From Perkinsus olseni (Eukaryota): a DNA stretch of 36,894 nt. Under the pieces are notes generated by a model, which was not told where the DNA came from, ran no database searches, and saw only the letters and a program-made list of their open reading frames with translations. The translations under genes and the position numbers were made by a program. The stretch lies in the NCBI GenBank assembly GCA_013115125.1, contig JABANN010000345.1:1-36894 (forward strand). Reading direction: 5' to 3'. Positions 22,434-36,422 of the stretch are shown here, in pieces; within the stretch, counting starts at the first letter, position 1; every line of letters begins with the position of its first letter.

Positions 22434-22983
22434 ATGCGGCTGCTCACACACAATCTAATGATGTGCAATAGGAAGCAGTGCTCGGGAGGCTATCCACTTC
22501 GTATATGCCCCAAGGAACAGCAGCAGGACGTTGGGATGAGGGACTCCGAGGACGAGAGCTCACCAGAGGCTGAACAAGTAGTAGCCGGGCACTGGCGGAG
22601 CTGGGCCGATTTCGGGTTGTGCAGGAGCGTCCAGCATTCAAGGTGGAAGAGTCAGACTTCAACCCTGATTTTATTCGACATATGCTGGACAAGCTTGAGT
22701 GGGATGCTCTGGTGGCTACTCTGCCGCAGTGCCAAGGGCTCACACAGTCCCTGGCGCCTAGCTACACGGACAGCGATAAGGATGACGAAAACTTCCTCAA
22801 GGTAGTACCTGTGAGAGCATCGTCCTTGTTGCGGTGAACGAATGGTACTCCATCCAGGCTGTCCACGACGTAATAATAGACTATCACATTTTGGAGGCTG
22901 ATCTCAAGTGCCCGAAGTGCGATAGAATCTACCCCATCACGAAGGGCATTCCCAACATGCTCCTGCAAGACGATGAGGTATAG
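22434..22983 (+). CDS. TRM112: Methyltransferase activator subunit Trm112, 3 exons
   Basis: MRLLTHNLMMC..C..GYPL; FNPDFIRHMLDKLEWDAL; LKCPKCDRIYPITKGIPNMLLQDDEV*. Confidence 0.95.
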
Positions 22984-23121
22984 GCCGAAGAGCTGTAAAG
23001 TGTTTCCCTATCTCCGTCACCTTTCCTACTGGTACTGTAGTAATAACGTTTACCACCTTATACGTCTTGAGTTGGTTCATCCCGTGGCCTGTTAATAAGG
23101 TGATGCAGATGTTTTGCTGTA

Positions 23122-26105
23122 ATGTCATCAGGAGGGTGGAGTAGACTTAGAACGATCAATCGCAGGCATTCGGTTCACGGCGCAACATCGACCTCGACCA
23201 GACGGGTAAGTCGGAGATGAGCTCAAGGTTGCGATGGCGCTTGCTAGGACGAGGAGGATGCGGCTAGAGATGATTTCATGAGGTCCATGAGGGCAGGGGA
23301 GGTTGTAGTACATGCTGTGTCCGTGGCGCTGTTCCAAACTATGCGTGTCTTCAAGGTAAGGGGCGCTATGGGTAGGACATTTGTTGTCGCGTGAAGGGTC
23401 TATTGTTCTTAGGCTGATCCAGGCAATTCTACGGATAACTCCGAGGACCCGGCTGATCATGCTGCTGCCAAGAGACGCTCATCAGAGGACACAGTGAGTG
23501 AGGGTGCTCTACGCGTGGCAGGATAGGGTGCTCGTCTGTGAGATCACTCAGTATCCTCGCTGCTTCCCTTCCAGATGACCCGAGTCAGAGCAGTCCTAAC
23601 CGAGCTCGAGTCCCAATTGTTGCAGGCGTGCTGGGTAAGGGCGTGTAATTGAGGATCTCTATTGCAAGGGTTGTCGCCCTTTTGCAGGCGCGCTTCCACC
23701 AGAGTCAACAGGATTTGTTGCATGCACAGCGGACTATCCGGGAGCTCAACGAAAAGATTGAAGCGCAGCGTGTGAACTACATGAAGGTAGCAGTCGGTCT
23801 CGCCTCCTATCGGAGGTACTTCTTGTCCCCGTGGGCATTTGGCCGAAATAAGGCAGTTCACGTGATACTGAGTGTGCTCGGTGTCTAATGGACCGGTAGT
23901 TCTATTCGTTTTGACGACCCGCTTTGGCGCTCTTCTACTGTGATTCATCTGCTGAGAAAATGAGAGCGAGCGTGCTGCAGGAGGTGACCTCTTTGAGAGG
24001 GCGCCAGCGGACACTGGACGACGATGTGGTCCAAGCTCTAGGGGGAGGGGACGAAGAGAAAATTATTAGCGAAGCGGAGGACGATGATGGAACAATGTTT
24101 TTCGGTATGACGGGTTCCTGCATGTGGAATAGATGTGATATGGTGATTGGGCTGTAGATCTGACTGGCGGCATGGCCGAGAGGGACAAAGAAACAATAAG
24201 GATGGTCGTACGTGACAGAGTGGAGCATATTCTGTCGAAGTTGCCGCGGCGGAAAGTAAGCTATTCGACCACGTCGTTCCCAACGCTCCGGTCAGGAGGA
24301 CCAGAAAAGGATCGCTAGTCTGGAGGCTGACATCACTGCTGCTCGTAGAGAGGCCACCGACGCTCGGACAGCGCTTGAAGAGGCCCAGGCGGAGCTGGAA
24401 CAGGCTAGGGTAGCTATTGCCTCCTCGGGCGTCTTGGCAGAGTTATCTGTGCTTCAGGCGAGGGCAAGGGAGAAAGGGGATCGTGTGCACTCGGCTGCAT
24501 GCCAGACTTGTGTGGGCACGGGCTCTCTCGTTTCTTCGAGCATGCTCAGGTGACGTTCTTCAGATGAGCGGAAGTCATATGATGTTGCTTCGAGGAGAGA
24601 CCGAGGCGGGCTGTACACGAACAGGTTGTGCAACGGCGGGTTCGGAGCCTGACGAGGTAGTCGAGGCAGCAACGAAATCAGAGGGAGCTTGGATCGCCAG
24701 TGAATGTACCTTCGTTGAAGGTGGAAACCCTACGACAGCGCGTCGCTGAGTTGGAAGATGCCCTTGGGGGACGTGGGTTGGGTGCTGCCATGGGGTAAGA
24801 GGCAGCCTACTGTTCGTTACTGTAGAAGCTTTCATCGTATTAGGGTTGTTAAGAGGGGGGAGAGGTGTGGCCAGTTGGGGAGAAGGGAGAGCACTTTGAT
24901 GGAGCAATCTGGTACTGCAATGCTGAGGCGTGTCGAGCGTTTTGCTGATGAATACGGTCGTGCCTGCGGCGGTTGTAAACAGTGACTGCAGGTGATCCGA
25001 GGAGCGCCCGTCGTCGACGTCTCAAGCATTCGTCTGCGGAGGTCTCTTGCCCCGCGAGAGAGGGCTGCCCGGTCACGAGGGCTGTATTCCGGAGGCTGTA
25101 TCGGGACGCCTTCGAACGAGTGGAACGATTGGAGGACCTTAAGCTGGATATTGATCATGTGATAGGGGAAGAAGCGATGGAGGTAGACATCGGAGCTGAG
25201 GGAGGGGACTCTTACCATCTCGATGGGCAGGTCCTTCGTCAGCAGAGGCTGGTGTATCGCGGCACTCCGGCTGAGATTGCCAGAATCATCGAGGGGAGGA
25301 GGTGGGGGGGGGACCCTGGCCGAGTCATGAGGGTGTGATTCTGTCGGCTCAGAGGAGTACAACCTGTGTCGGAGGTGAATACTGTGCTGGGTGCCACTGA
25401 TCACGGCAATTATTCCTGGCCTCCGAGGGAACTCAAGAGCGTAGCAAAAGGCCAGAAGAACGCTGACGGGTGGCAGCCTTGTGATGACGGGTAGGGGGGC
25501 TGCTGTGCGAGCGCCGGAGGAACCTTTGTTGTTTGAGAGTCGACCAGTGAGGACGCCGCCCTCTCACTATCTATCGGCATTGTGATCTCGTCTGGCTTAT
25601 TCAGGCTGATGTTCAAGCGTTTTGTCGAAGGGCAACGGTTGCTGCGGCAGATAGCACACCGGCAGGAGGTGCTCACCTACTCTGCTGCCGTCTTCGAGAC
25701 ACCCGCTGAGGCCCTTGCCCCGAACGAGGATCCCCGCTTAAAGCACCTGAGAGGCTCCTTAGACTTCCAACTGCGGCAGGTAGGTGATCTTCGCTCGTGT
25801 GGCTCTACTCTCGCCGTGGTATTCAGCTGGGGGACTCTGCTTTCGGGGGATTCGCTGAGGGGGGAGGCAGGAGGAAGAGGACCAAGAAGGATGTGGAGAA
25901 GTCCTTAGAACTCACTTCGCTTGAGAAGCAGCATAAGCATGTAAGCTTGTCGACCCTCTTTGTTGGTGGTCACGACGCCGTTCAGAAACGGTCTAGGGAG
26001 CGTGCTCGGCGCGGGCGGCAGGTCCTGGAAGCAGCCCTTGGCCTCTCCGGGTATTATGACGATGACAGTGCTCAGGAGGACAACATCGGTGTGGGCGCTG
26101 AGTGA
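23122..26105 (+). CDS. Uncharacterised coiled-coil protein, multi-exon; boundaries approximate
   Basis: Successive exons bounded by GT-AG encode heptad-like segments (QQDLLHAQRTIRELNEKIEAQRVNYMKEVTSLR; EDQKRIASLEADITAARREATDARTALEEAQAELEQAR). No family recognised. Confidence 0.55.
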
Positions 26106-26592
26106 GATCCGATCACATCGAACACTGGGTGAATGGAGCTGGTCGATACAAGGATGTCTTTTCGGTTCAGATGGGGCACCACGTCATTGCCGTTGCTGAA
26201 TGCGGGCCATAAGAAGCCGCCGATGGCCGCTAGGCGGAGGCCGCGCGTACTTCTTTAAGCGGCCGTATGATCCTGCGCGAGCCCAAACTGGACACCCGCG
26301 ACCTGTGTCAATCTATGGTGACCGTATGAGTGATGTAGAGTCTAAAGGAACTAATACGCATGCTACTGCATTGAAGGCTTAGTCCGTGTTACAGCTTATA
26401 TGCCTTGCGTGGTAGTTGCCTGATCAATCAGGGTGGCCGCGGTAGTAGTAGGAGTCTGGTGTGTCACATGCACCTTGAATTTGAATGCAGAGACTCGCGA
26501 AGGTCTCATATTGTTGGACTGGGTCCGGCCGAGTTGTGAGGTTACCGTTTACACGGTCTTAGTCTTTCGATTCTCGGACACAGTGTTTGGCG

Positions 26593-27650
26593 ATGGCTCC
26601 TGAGTCCAGGATAAGACTGCCATTCTGTCGTTGTCTGCTCACCCTGGTGCTGCTGCTGGCAGTATCAGTGACGTTGAGCGTGGGCGAGGAGGCTGAGTAT
26701 GCTAATGGAGCGGAGATCATTGTGTGGATGGACAAGGGTGAGAGGGGGGTAATAGGAATGCATTGTGGCCTATCGGGTCTTGCATAGCCATTTCGAACAT
26801 GTGCCCGGTCCCCTTCTTATTCTCTTTGTCTCGAATCCTGAGGATGGTTTTTAGTTGGTCCGTATAACAATCCGCATGAGACCTACCCTTACACAAAGCT
26901 GGGGTTATGTGAGGTGGGTGATGATAGAGAAAGCAACAAGGGGGACCTCAGTATTGGAGAGGAGCTCGAAGGGCACGATTTTGTGGAGAATCCCTTCTTA
27001 GAAATCAAGTTCGGCAGTAAGTTCAATTTCGTGGCGCGCGACTTTTCGTAGGTCGGGGACCTTTCTCTCAGAGAACTTAGCCGAGAGCCCAACATGTAAC
27101 ATGGTATTGACGAAAGAGAAGGCTGCTCTATTGAAGAGGGCCATCAAGGATAACTACTGGTGATACCCCTGCTTCTGGAGAACTAGCATCACTGAGCTCT
27201 GAAGTTCCTCGCAGCTTGGGTGTGCACGAGTTCCCTGTCGTTGGCAGGTACGAAATGTACATCGATGACTTGCCGCTTTGGGCGTTCGTTGGTCAGCCGG
27301 GGAGTGGTGCTGAAGCCTTACTCGAGGGAAGTGGAGGTACCTGAGTAGTGCTCCTCCCTGTGTTGTGACGTCGATTTTGTTGTTAGTGAGTCATCGTCCA
27401 GAGACGATATACACGAAGCGAGAGTTTGTCATTCAGAAGAACGGCGGGCAGGTAAGGGCTTTCATTGGTGTAACCTAGGAGTCCCTTGTCGTAACTGCTG
27501 ATTCTGGAAGAAGGGATGAAAAATGCTTCTCCGCCAAATCTTTCCGGTGGAGTTCGAGAGGGGGTCGTGTCAAGGGACTCCGATATTTGGATGCCACGAG
27601 AAGTTACTCGCTGGGACAAAAGACTAGGATTTGAGTAGAGTGTATCATCG

Positions 27651-27715
<65 letters not shown>

Positions 27716-29809
27716 GCTGCTGCTGGTAAGGGTGGTATCTGGTCAGGTTATCAGTGTCGATGTGGTCCCTGGCAATCCTATGCCGGTCGTGGAGGGCACA
27801 CTGTTGCAGTTTACGTACTCTGTCGAGTGGCAGGATACTGACAAGGCTTACTCCGCTCGATTTGATAAGTACTTGGAGACTAACTTCTTCGAACATAAGG
27901 TAACCACCATAACGGAGTCATAACCAACTACGTTCCCTTAGTGACCGTGAAGGCTCTGATGGGCGTCCTGATGTACTCAGGTTCACTGGTTCTCTATAGT
28001 CAATTCCTTCATGCTCTGCCTCTTCCTTATTGCTGTTGTGACCATCATCCTTATGAAGACATTACGTAGGGATTTCACTAAGTATACTATGACGGAGCAA
28101 GAGGAACTCGAGAACATAGACCGTGCTGGTAGGCATCTTCCATCGCGATGGCCTCCCCTGCCCATGCCGTACACAGCAATTGGAATGTAACTACTGTGTA
28201 CGAGGCCGTCATCAACCTCGCTACGATGCGATTGGAACCTGTTACGATGAGATTCACGGTCTGGTGATGCCTCAGCAGATACCTGTAATCAATCTCAATA
28301 CGAGATTGAGTGATAGCTTATCAGTGAAAGAAGACTGAGGGTCTCCGTAACTCTCTTTTTGCTGCATTGAGAACTCTACTCGCCGGAGGTTTTCGAGAGA
28401 AATAAAATTCGTACATACGTTGATGACTGCGAATTGGGGGCGAGGGAGGAGAGTTCATACAGTTGAACCGCTGTTCTGTCTCAGCTGATGACTCGGGCTG
28501 GAAGCAAGTGCATGGAGATGTGTTCCGTCGTCCGCCCCACCTGATGCAGCTCTCCGTCTTGGTCAGTACAGGCGTTCACATTGCGGCAACGGTTGCATGT
28601 GTGCTCGTACTCGCCATCACCAACACGTAGGCCCCACACCAGCCATCCGGTCATGCGCGGCATAGTTGCTCTTTAGGTATTATCGGCAACGAGGCACGAC
28701 CAGAGCCTCCGCCGTTCTCATGTACGTGCTGACTACGATGTTGGCGGGGTATGCTGGAGGTCGGCTGTAAGTCTTCTGCATCGGCTGTCACGAGCGGGCG
28801 CCTAGCTGCCGTCAACTCAGATACCGTCAGTTCGGTGGCAAGACGTGGAAGAAGGCGATGGTGTACCAAGTGCTTTTCCTGCCGGCTGTCCTCTGCCTCA
28901 TGTTCATGATTGTGAATACAACGGCATGGATCAAAGGCCTCACCTACGCTATGCCCTTCAAGACCATACTCCTGCTACTCATGGTCTTCCTTGCGGTAAG
29001 TTTATGGCTGCTCAGAGGGGAATGTGATTACTGGAAAAAATCCTCCGATTCATGGAAACAAATACAAGGACGAAGAAAATGTTGATGCCCGTACTCAGGG
29101 CGGAGGGACGGAGACTGCGCTTCGTTTTAACACCTTTGCAATGTTTTCTGGGGATACCCTGTGCTCTGTGAATCTGCTTTCTACGGAGCGCTCGTCACTT
29201 CATCAGGTCTGCGTACCACTGCATATGATTGGAACCCTATGGGGAAGACGCTCGGCCGCCGAGCGCAGCTTCCCTTGCCGAGTGCATCACCTGAAGAGGC
29301 CCATACCCATCCAGCATCGCTTTTTTATCCCTGGCCTCATCTTAGGCGCAGGTGAGCATCTTTCTAGCAGACACACCTCATAATACTCCCTGTCAGGTTT
29401 GGTGCCGTTCGGCTGCGTCTTCATCGAGATGTACTTCGTCTTCTCGAGTCTTTGGTCCTACAATAAGATATACTATGTCTACGGATTCATGCTGGCCATT
29501 CTAGGGCTGCTCACAATGGTGCTGGTCTGTGTATCAATCACGTGCGTCTACCTTCTCCTCAATAATGAAGACTATCGTTGGCAGTGGATGAGCTTCCTCT
29601 GTAGCTCGAGTATCGGTATTTACATAGCCCTTTATTCGATATACTATTACCATCATTCAACCCACATGTCGGGCATCTCGCAGTGGCTGTATTACGTTTG
29701 CACTAACACGTTCATTTGCCTCGGGATGACATTATTCTGCGGCACAGTGGGCTACTTGGGAGCTTGCAAGTTCGTCTTTGCCATCTATCGCAACATCAAG
29801 TCTGACTGA
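26593..29809 (+). CDS. Nonaspanin / transmembrane 9 superfamily (EMP70) protein, TM9SF1/3-like, multi-exon
   Basis: Signal peptide; VGPYNNPHETY; YEMYIDDLPLWAFVG; VHWFSIVNSFM; DDSGWKQVHGDVFR; VPFGCVFIEMYF; EDYRWQWMSF; C-terminal IYRNIKSD*. Confidence 0.95.
27651..27725. repeat. (TTG)22(CTG)3 microsatellite within a TM9SF intron
   Basis: Direct reading; it lies between the donor near 27452 and the acceptor near 27746. Confidence 0.95.
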
Positions 29810-30024
29810 GTTTGCTTTCGTCTCCAGCAAGTGATGATGTCTATTTTTCAAATGATGCCCCATACTTGTTCAGCTGTTAATAGGATCTCGAATTGGGGTT
29901 AGGTGAATCATGCGTCGCTTCGGAAGTACTAGGTGACTTCGTCAACCACCCTATCCCTCTCGAATGTCGACGCAGTCTGCAGCAGCGGCTCGTCTGGCAC
30001 GAAAGTTGGAGAAGTTCCATCAAC

Positions 30025-33000
30025 ATGAGCGGGATTTGGAAAGGAGAGCTAGACAACTCTCGATGTGAGTCGGGCCGTGCCTGCTCAATGGTACATGCTC
30101 CGCACTCAAGTATCCTGGAGATCGGTAGAGTGTGGTTGAGGTCCGCTATGCTGAGGAGCTTCTGTTGGTAGGCTTGAAGAGCAAGAGGCTGAACACAAAC
30201 GTCTCATGAACCGTGATGCGTCTCTAGCATATGAAAGAAGGAAAAAGGAACGGGTAGGGATGTTCTCCCGGAGGAGCAGTATAGTGACCCATGCAGTCAA
30301 CAACTCTGTCCCAGTAGTGGTCTACAACTCTTGTTTGACTGGAATGGAGGCCGTGTGATGGCGCATTCGTTGTAGGCTATTGAATGGGAGGCGGCCCATC
30401 AGCGCAGATGGGAAGATAGCCTGCGGGACCGGCATCAACAGGAGCAGCAAGACTCAAGATTCAAGAAGGTGAGCGAAGGGCAGATCGGCATAGCACTGGT
30501 TCTGGTAGTGGCGCAACATTTCAAGAGAACGCTTATGGGAATAAAATTCTCTCGCCTTGCTCCAGGAAGATGCGGAATGCTTGGAAGAGAGCGTTGGCGT
30601 GGGTAAAGTTACCGTGCCCGATACGATACGGCGCGAAAGAGAACGATACTGCGCATCGTTCTATATCCTAGAGTTCAGCGTCTTATGCAATGAGAATGAC
30701 TTCATGTGCAGTCTCGAGCGGCAGCAGCTCGAGAAGCAGTCATGAGAGTGAGGAAGGCAGCTGCTGAGAATATGTCTGTGGGGATCAGCGAATTCGAGAG
30801 TCGACTCGGTTCGACCTTGGATACCGCGGAGGAACGGATTGAGGTGGGGATCTGCCGTTTTCTACCTGATCGACGGAAGTACAGGTCAACGGCCTGGCAT
30901 CTAGCGTGACAGCTGCTGAGTTCGACCGTCAGCTCGCTCGGAAGGCTGAGAGTCTACGATCGAAGGGCGGCTCAAGTGAGTTCGGGTTGCCCTCTTCCCT
31001 TCAACCGTCTCACACCTCCGACCCACAGGGACGGGCAACCTCGCCGAAGCAGGGGCGTTCGTTGGAGCGATGAAGCGTAGCAAGGCAGCTGGAAACGCTG
31101 CGCGCGAAAGAAGCGATGAGTGGCGCAGACACGTGATGGTGGCGGTAGGCTTCGGCGCACCGATCAGCAAGCAGGACACTCGGCTCAATCAGATAGAAGA
31201 GGAGGAGACCAGCCGTATGACTGGCCAATGGTGTCGTCGTATTGAGGAGTGTGCAGTTCATAGGAACTGCCGCGCCGAGAACGAGCTCAGGAAACGGGTT
31301 CAGCGATCTACCCTTCGCAGCCGTCACCTCATCGTCAGGTGTTTGACAAGATGCTAGCCTATGAACAATATGTGCAGCGGAGTGCTTCGCTCCGTCGGGC
31401 TAGGATTGAGCTGCACGAGCAGAAGAATAATACTAGGCTCCATGAGAGAGAGCTGAGTCTCGTGACAGAGGCTCTGAGGAAGCTCAAGCTGGGGATTGAC
31501 GTAGCTCTCGTCATTGCCTTGTATACGACCCTTTAAGGGCTCTCTGTGGCCTTCAGAGTCACCAAAAGCAGTATCGCATTCTCAAGCGGCAGGCTCGGGC
31601 TAATGATCGTAGTAAGGCTTGCGATACTGCAGAGAGCATCCTGGAGCAGATGCTGTGTCTAGCTGTCAGTGCTGTTGGTCATCGACGTAGTACACGGGAG
31701 CGAAGGTCCCTCATGGCAGGTGGCAGTGTTTCAGGTGTTATTGATGCTGGGAACGACGCTTTGATGGACGATGAGACTTGGCAAGGTTGGAAGCTTGCTT
31801 TTGTAGAGGGTTTGTTCCTTGAAGGCCATCGTCCAGCCGAGGAGAAGGTGCGGCTAGGTTCCGCGCGCCACTTGCCAGTCAGCTCTCTTGCAGGCTGGTG
31901 GCATCTTCTCGCTGGATCGTATCGTCAACCCTCCAGATGTTAGTGCGGTGGAGGATGGCCCGGATGTGGAAAGTGGAATGAGAAGTGGCAGCAGCGGGGA
32001 TTATCAGCCTGAAGGAGTGCTCATGGCAGCGTCGGACAGGATGAAGGTACTCCGATCGATATAGTCTGCGTGTAGGCATTTCGCTCTGGTGTACTGGGCA
32101 GGCACATGGACAGATGACGACTGGATGCGACGGTCTGCTCGACCGGAGGGAGGTAGATGATTACATCAAGGGTAGAGGACAGTGGCGATTGTCTACAGCA
32201 GACGCATCTCGCAACAAGGAAGTGAGTGCGGAGCGGAGCAGTGGGGTAGTACAATGGGAGCGGTGCTTCAGAAAATCAAGAGTTCGCTGACAGAGATATT
32301 TGGTGAGCGGCTCAGTGATGATCCTGTGGGGGCCGCCCTATGGAAGGACGTGGAAGAGGATATTGACAACGGCTTGACTAACCAGTGGCTAGCGGATGCT
32401 GTTGAATATTTGTGCAGAATCCGCCAGCCAGACAAGCTTCTGAGGGAGCATACCACAGTGAGAGGGGCCACGATCACTTCTGGACCTTAGTATAGCCTCG
32501 CATGGATCTGCTCGTACAAGATGCCTGAGTAGGGTCGAATGGCGGTCTCCAGTTATGACTCACAGCCCGCTCTCGGGAGTGACGCCGGGCGGCATTGTCG
32601 TGTGGCTGATCTATCTCAGTACTCGCCAGTGTCTGCTGGTGTTCGAGTACTGCTGGGTGGGAAGTATCTTTCGGGAAGGAAGACGCTAGCTCGCGGGCTG
32701 AAGGAGAGGTGCCCCGCACACTGCTGGATTCATCGGCCCCGGTTTGATGATCATGGCAGATATCCGAGCGTTATTGTTGTCGACGTGGACGAGGTGGTGG
32801 CGGAATGCATTCATCTTGGTGGACAGTTGTCCGAGGCTGGCTCTTCAGGGGAGCTGAAAGCATGTGGTCAGAAGGCATTGGACGAACTTATCGGAGGAAG
32901 TAAAGGCCATTGGGGACCAGAAGGGTTCTCCTGCACTCTTCGTCTAGGTAGCATCAGCGATGATGTGTATATTGACATGATTCTCGCTAAGCTTACTGAT

Positions 33001-34611
33001 AAACTTGGAGGGGACTCGACTGTAGCTCAGGTGGGGCTTCTTCAGTTTGTATGAGTAGTGGTGTAGTAGTGGTGGTTTCGAATCTCAATACTGCGGGCCG
33101 ACTTCGCTTGTTTTTCGAGAGTCCCACGCCGTCTTCAGTTTTTCGTGGGTCTCACGCCTTCTTCCGTTCTTCAGCGCCCTGCTGCTGCAACCAGCCCGAA
33201 AGATGATGTTTGTGGATGGGTCCTCGTTGGCTTCCCGAACAGTGGTACGCCTAGCTCCACCTGGCCATCGGAATTCTCTCTCTGCAGAACGCCAGCTCAC
33301 CCTACTTACGCGCCGTCTTGCCGGAGTCGTCCCTATCGAGCATTTGGACACTCACGATAGAGCCCTCAATCGAGGTAGCTGCGATGGCCGTTCGTTCACT
33401 TCCTTTTGCCTGTCCCTTCCCCTCAGTTCTGGATATGGCTGGGAGCTCTCGCCGCCCGCAAGCCGTGATTGATCCTCAACTGGACTGCGGCTATGACCTG
33501 AGGGTTGTGAGTACAGTCATGCGGTCGTGCACTACCGAGCCGGCCGCGGGTAGGGAATGGCGGACTCCCCTGCCCTGTGTCTGAGTAGGTCATCGGTGTT
33601 CCCAATGAGGAGCTCAGCAGGAGGGCTCTGGGTCGGCTGGTGGATCAGGTCTCGGGCGTAGTATTTCATATACAGGTAACAGAGGGAAATGTGGGTGGGC
33701 CAGTGGGGCGTGGCGTTCCGTCTCGCCTCGTTTCCCATTGTACACCAAGTGTTCCGAGTCACGGGTGGCCCAGTGAAAAGTAGGGGCTCGTTCTACTTCG
33801 ACTGATCCCTCCTAGTCGCGTTGTCGATCTGTGGGCTGCGTTTGGCAGGACGACCCTCCACCAATTGTTGCTGAAGCTGTCCGAAGAGCCTCTCCGGAAG
33901 TGGCAACCCTGATTGATAGTCTGGGAGGGGATTCGACAGCAGGGACGATGGGGGGACCGGCCTTGCCCTTGGATGCATCGTTGGTGAGCATCCGTGGAGA
34001 AGGCGAGTGGCGTTGTTTGTCTATCGATTTTGTTGGCCGCTACTGAACTCGAGGAGCAAGCGGTTGGACGTCAGCTGGGGACTGGGAGTTGCCTACGGAT
34101 GAGCTCTCTTTCGTAGGAGGAGCCTCTCGCGGCGAGTGGCAGGACTGCAAGAACCTCCCCGAAACGACAGGTGAGTCCGAACTGAATTACTTGGAGCGCT
34201 GCTGCTTCGAATTACTTGGAGGCTCCAAGTTGGAGCACTGATGCTTTCTTCAGAAGTGTCGCGTTTCCCTTGCACGGACCTCCCCCTATCATGACCCAGC
34301 ATACCCTAGCAGTATCCTACCGAATTTGTGATTACCCTATGATACTCATCCGCCATGACTGTTTCCGAGAGACCTTCTCCCCCAGGTATCACGCCTTCGA
34401 TAAGAAGGAGGAAGCGCTTGATCGAACATCCGCCGAGTTGGGCCGTTCTACATTGCGAATCGGGTCACGTAATCGAGAGGAGGTCCTGAACGACCTCTGC
34501 GGAGTTGTGGAGGTGAACATTCGCCCGTCCGGTCTGGCCACGCGTTGATGATCGTCGGTAGAAGTGGAAGTTTCTTCTTTCAGGAATTGTGGGCCAGTCG
34601 TACGAAGGATG

Positions 34612-34657
<46 letters not shown>

Positions 34658-36422
34658 GAGCGAGATTGGCGTCTCCTCGAAAGAGGAAATCGCCCCTAGA
34701 GAGGTCCGCTGGCCGGCCGGGTATTCATTGGATCAGCCTCTCATGTTCTATCGCCTGTCAGGCGGCTGATCACTTTACGCTGGTTGAAGCCCTCAAGGAA
34801 GTCGATGTCTGTAGTGTTCTCTTCCTCGCCGATCAATGGGAAGCCGCGGTGACTGCTCCTAACGGCCTAGATGAGCAGTACAGGAGAGTGAGTTCTTCCT
34901 TATATCAGGTGTCCCCTCCCACTACCTTTGCTCTGCCTCCCGCTAATTCGCTGAAATTTGGTGTTGATTGATGATTCAGGCCTTCCGCTGGGTACGCCGG
35001 TGCAAGGAGTTCTCGAGGCAGGGCCTGGCTGATATACGGTATGTGTCGCGGAGGAAAAGATGATGTCATATCATGACAGGTCGTTGATAATCAAGCGTCT
35101 TGAGATGGTAGACGCACGACAGAGCATCGTGAACTCCTTTATGGGTGACTTCAATGCCTTTACTGAGGAGTATAGTGATATGTGCCGAGAAAACGAAGAG
35201 ACTAGGAACGAGCTGCATGCACGGGTATGAAGATCTCTGGGGTCGTCTCGTCATTTCCTAAACCAACCAGCGAGCACTCGGTAGTCTTCGGAGTCGTGGT
35301 CAGGTGGACGATGTCTGTCATCGGCTGGTTGTAGAGTTCGTGAGGAAGAAGATCCAAGCTTCCACAGATCTCCGAAAGCAGGTGCTGCTCATCATTGCTT
35401 GCCATTTGCAGGCTCGTCCCATGGGAGATGGCGCCTTTGACAGGTTCTTGCTTCAAGATGGGCTGAAGGGGTGTTGACAACTTTTGCAGCGGCCATCCAA
35501 TCACTATTCCGAGCTGAGTGGGTGGTGGGAGTACTACTCTGCGGCTCGCTGAGAGGCTATTCCTGTATGATCCGACAGGAGATTGTCCGTGATTGGGTGA
35601 CCGTACACGGGAATATACTCGGTGATTATGAACTTTCTTCACACCCGAGGCCCGCGCGCGTGATATCTGCTTGGAACATGTACTCAGGTATGCAAGGTTT
35701 CATGCCGTCTGTCGGCTGCTATGCGACGCCTATTCTCTAGTACTGCCCACTGAGCATGGCGGTCCTGTTCTTCATGAGGTGTCGGCCGACGAACAACTCC
35801 AGGACATCGATGTTTTGGGAATAGATGACGAGGCTGTAAGAGTCGGACTCTAACGGTTGCTGCGAATCGGAGCACGCGAGAGTTATCCATTCCACGGTTG
35901 CAGGTCAAAGAGAACCGGCAGAAGTTTGAAGCTTTTATCGACGAGGCTTCGCGTGGCGACGGCGACGGACAACAGGGAAATGTAGTCGAGGCGCCGGAGC
36001 TCGCCTGGACGGCCTGCGAGGTTCGGAAGTAATCCTTGGGCACCTCACTGAGGAACTACAGGCCAGAAATAGGGGTGGTCAGGTATATCAACTCTGAGGG
36101 TGAGAATGATCCACCGGCACAAGGGGAGTGGACCTTCCCGTTCATCGACAAATTGGCCGATGCCGTCCGCAAAGCCTCGGAGCCCGCACCTGGTGTGCTA
36201 TCGCCCTGGAAGGTGGGCGACCTATACTTAAGACCGATCTCGGATCGGCGAGCTGCGCTGCTGCAGGACCCCAGCAAGTTGGCGGAGCCTGTGCCCGACC
36301 CAAAGGCAGGTAAGGGCGTGAAGAAGAAGAAAGCAGAACCCGCGCAGGAGGAACTCGAGGTCAAGCCGCCGCCAGAAGCTTATATAGATTACCAACGAGC
36401 TGTATTGAAGGAGAAGGTATAG
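30025..36422 (+). CDS. SPEF2/CPC1-like flagellar central-pair protein (coiled coil plus adenylate-kinase-like domain), multi-exon; may continue past 36418
   Basis: N-terminal charged coiled coil (EWEAAHQRRWEDSL; ARERSDEWRRHVM), ADK-like P-loop segment VLLGGKYLSGRKTLARGL..IVVDVDEVV, GWVLVGFP motif, and a late DPKAGKGVKKKK segment. The architecture recalls SPEF2/CPC1. GAGAAG|GTATAG at the end may be a donor. Confidence 0.6.
34612..34656. repeat. (CTA)15 microsatellite, probably exonic (poly-Thr)
   Basis: Lies in an apparent exon CAG|GAATTG...AGAGAG|GTCCGC reading ELWASRTKDATTTT...SEIG, in phase with the previous exon. Confidence 0.9.

Noticed and set aside
22515-22578. Acidic insertion in TRM112 (EQQQDVGMRDSEDESSPEAEQ)
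   Set aside because: It appears to be a low-complexity loop insertion; there is no evidence of special function.
27645-27923. Poly-Leu and poly-Gln ORFs in the ORF track
   Set aside because: Artefacts of the intronic (TTG)n microsatellite; only the 3' part of the + ORF is a real TM9SF exon.
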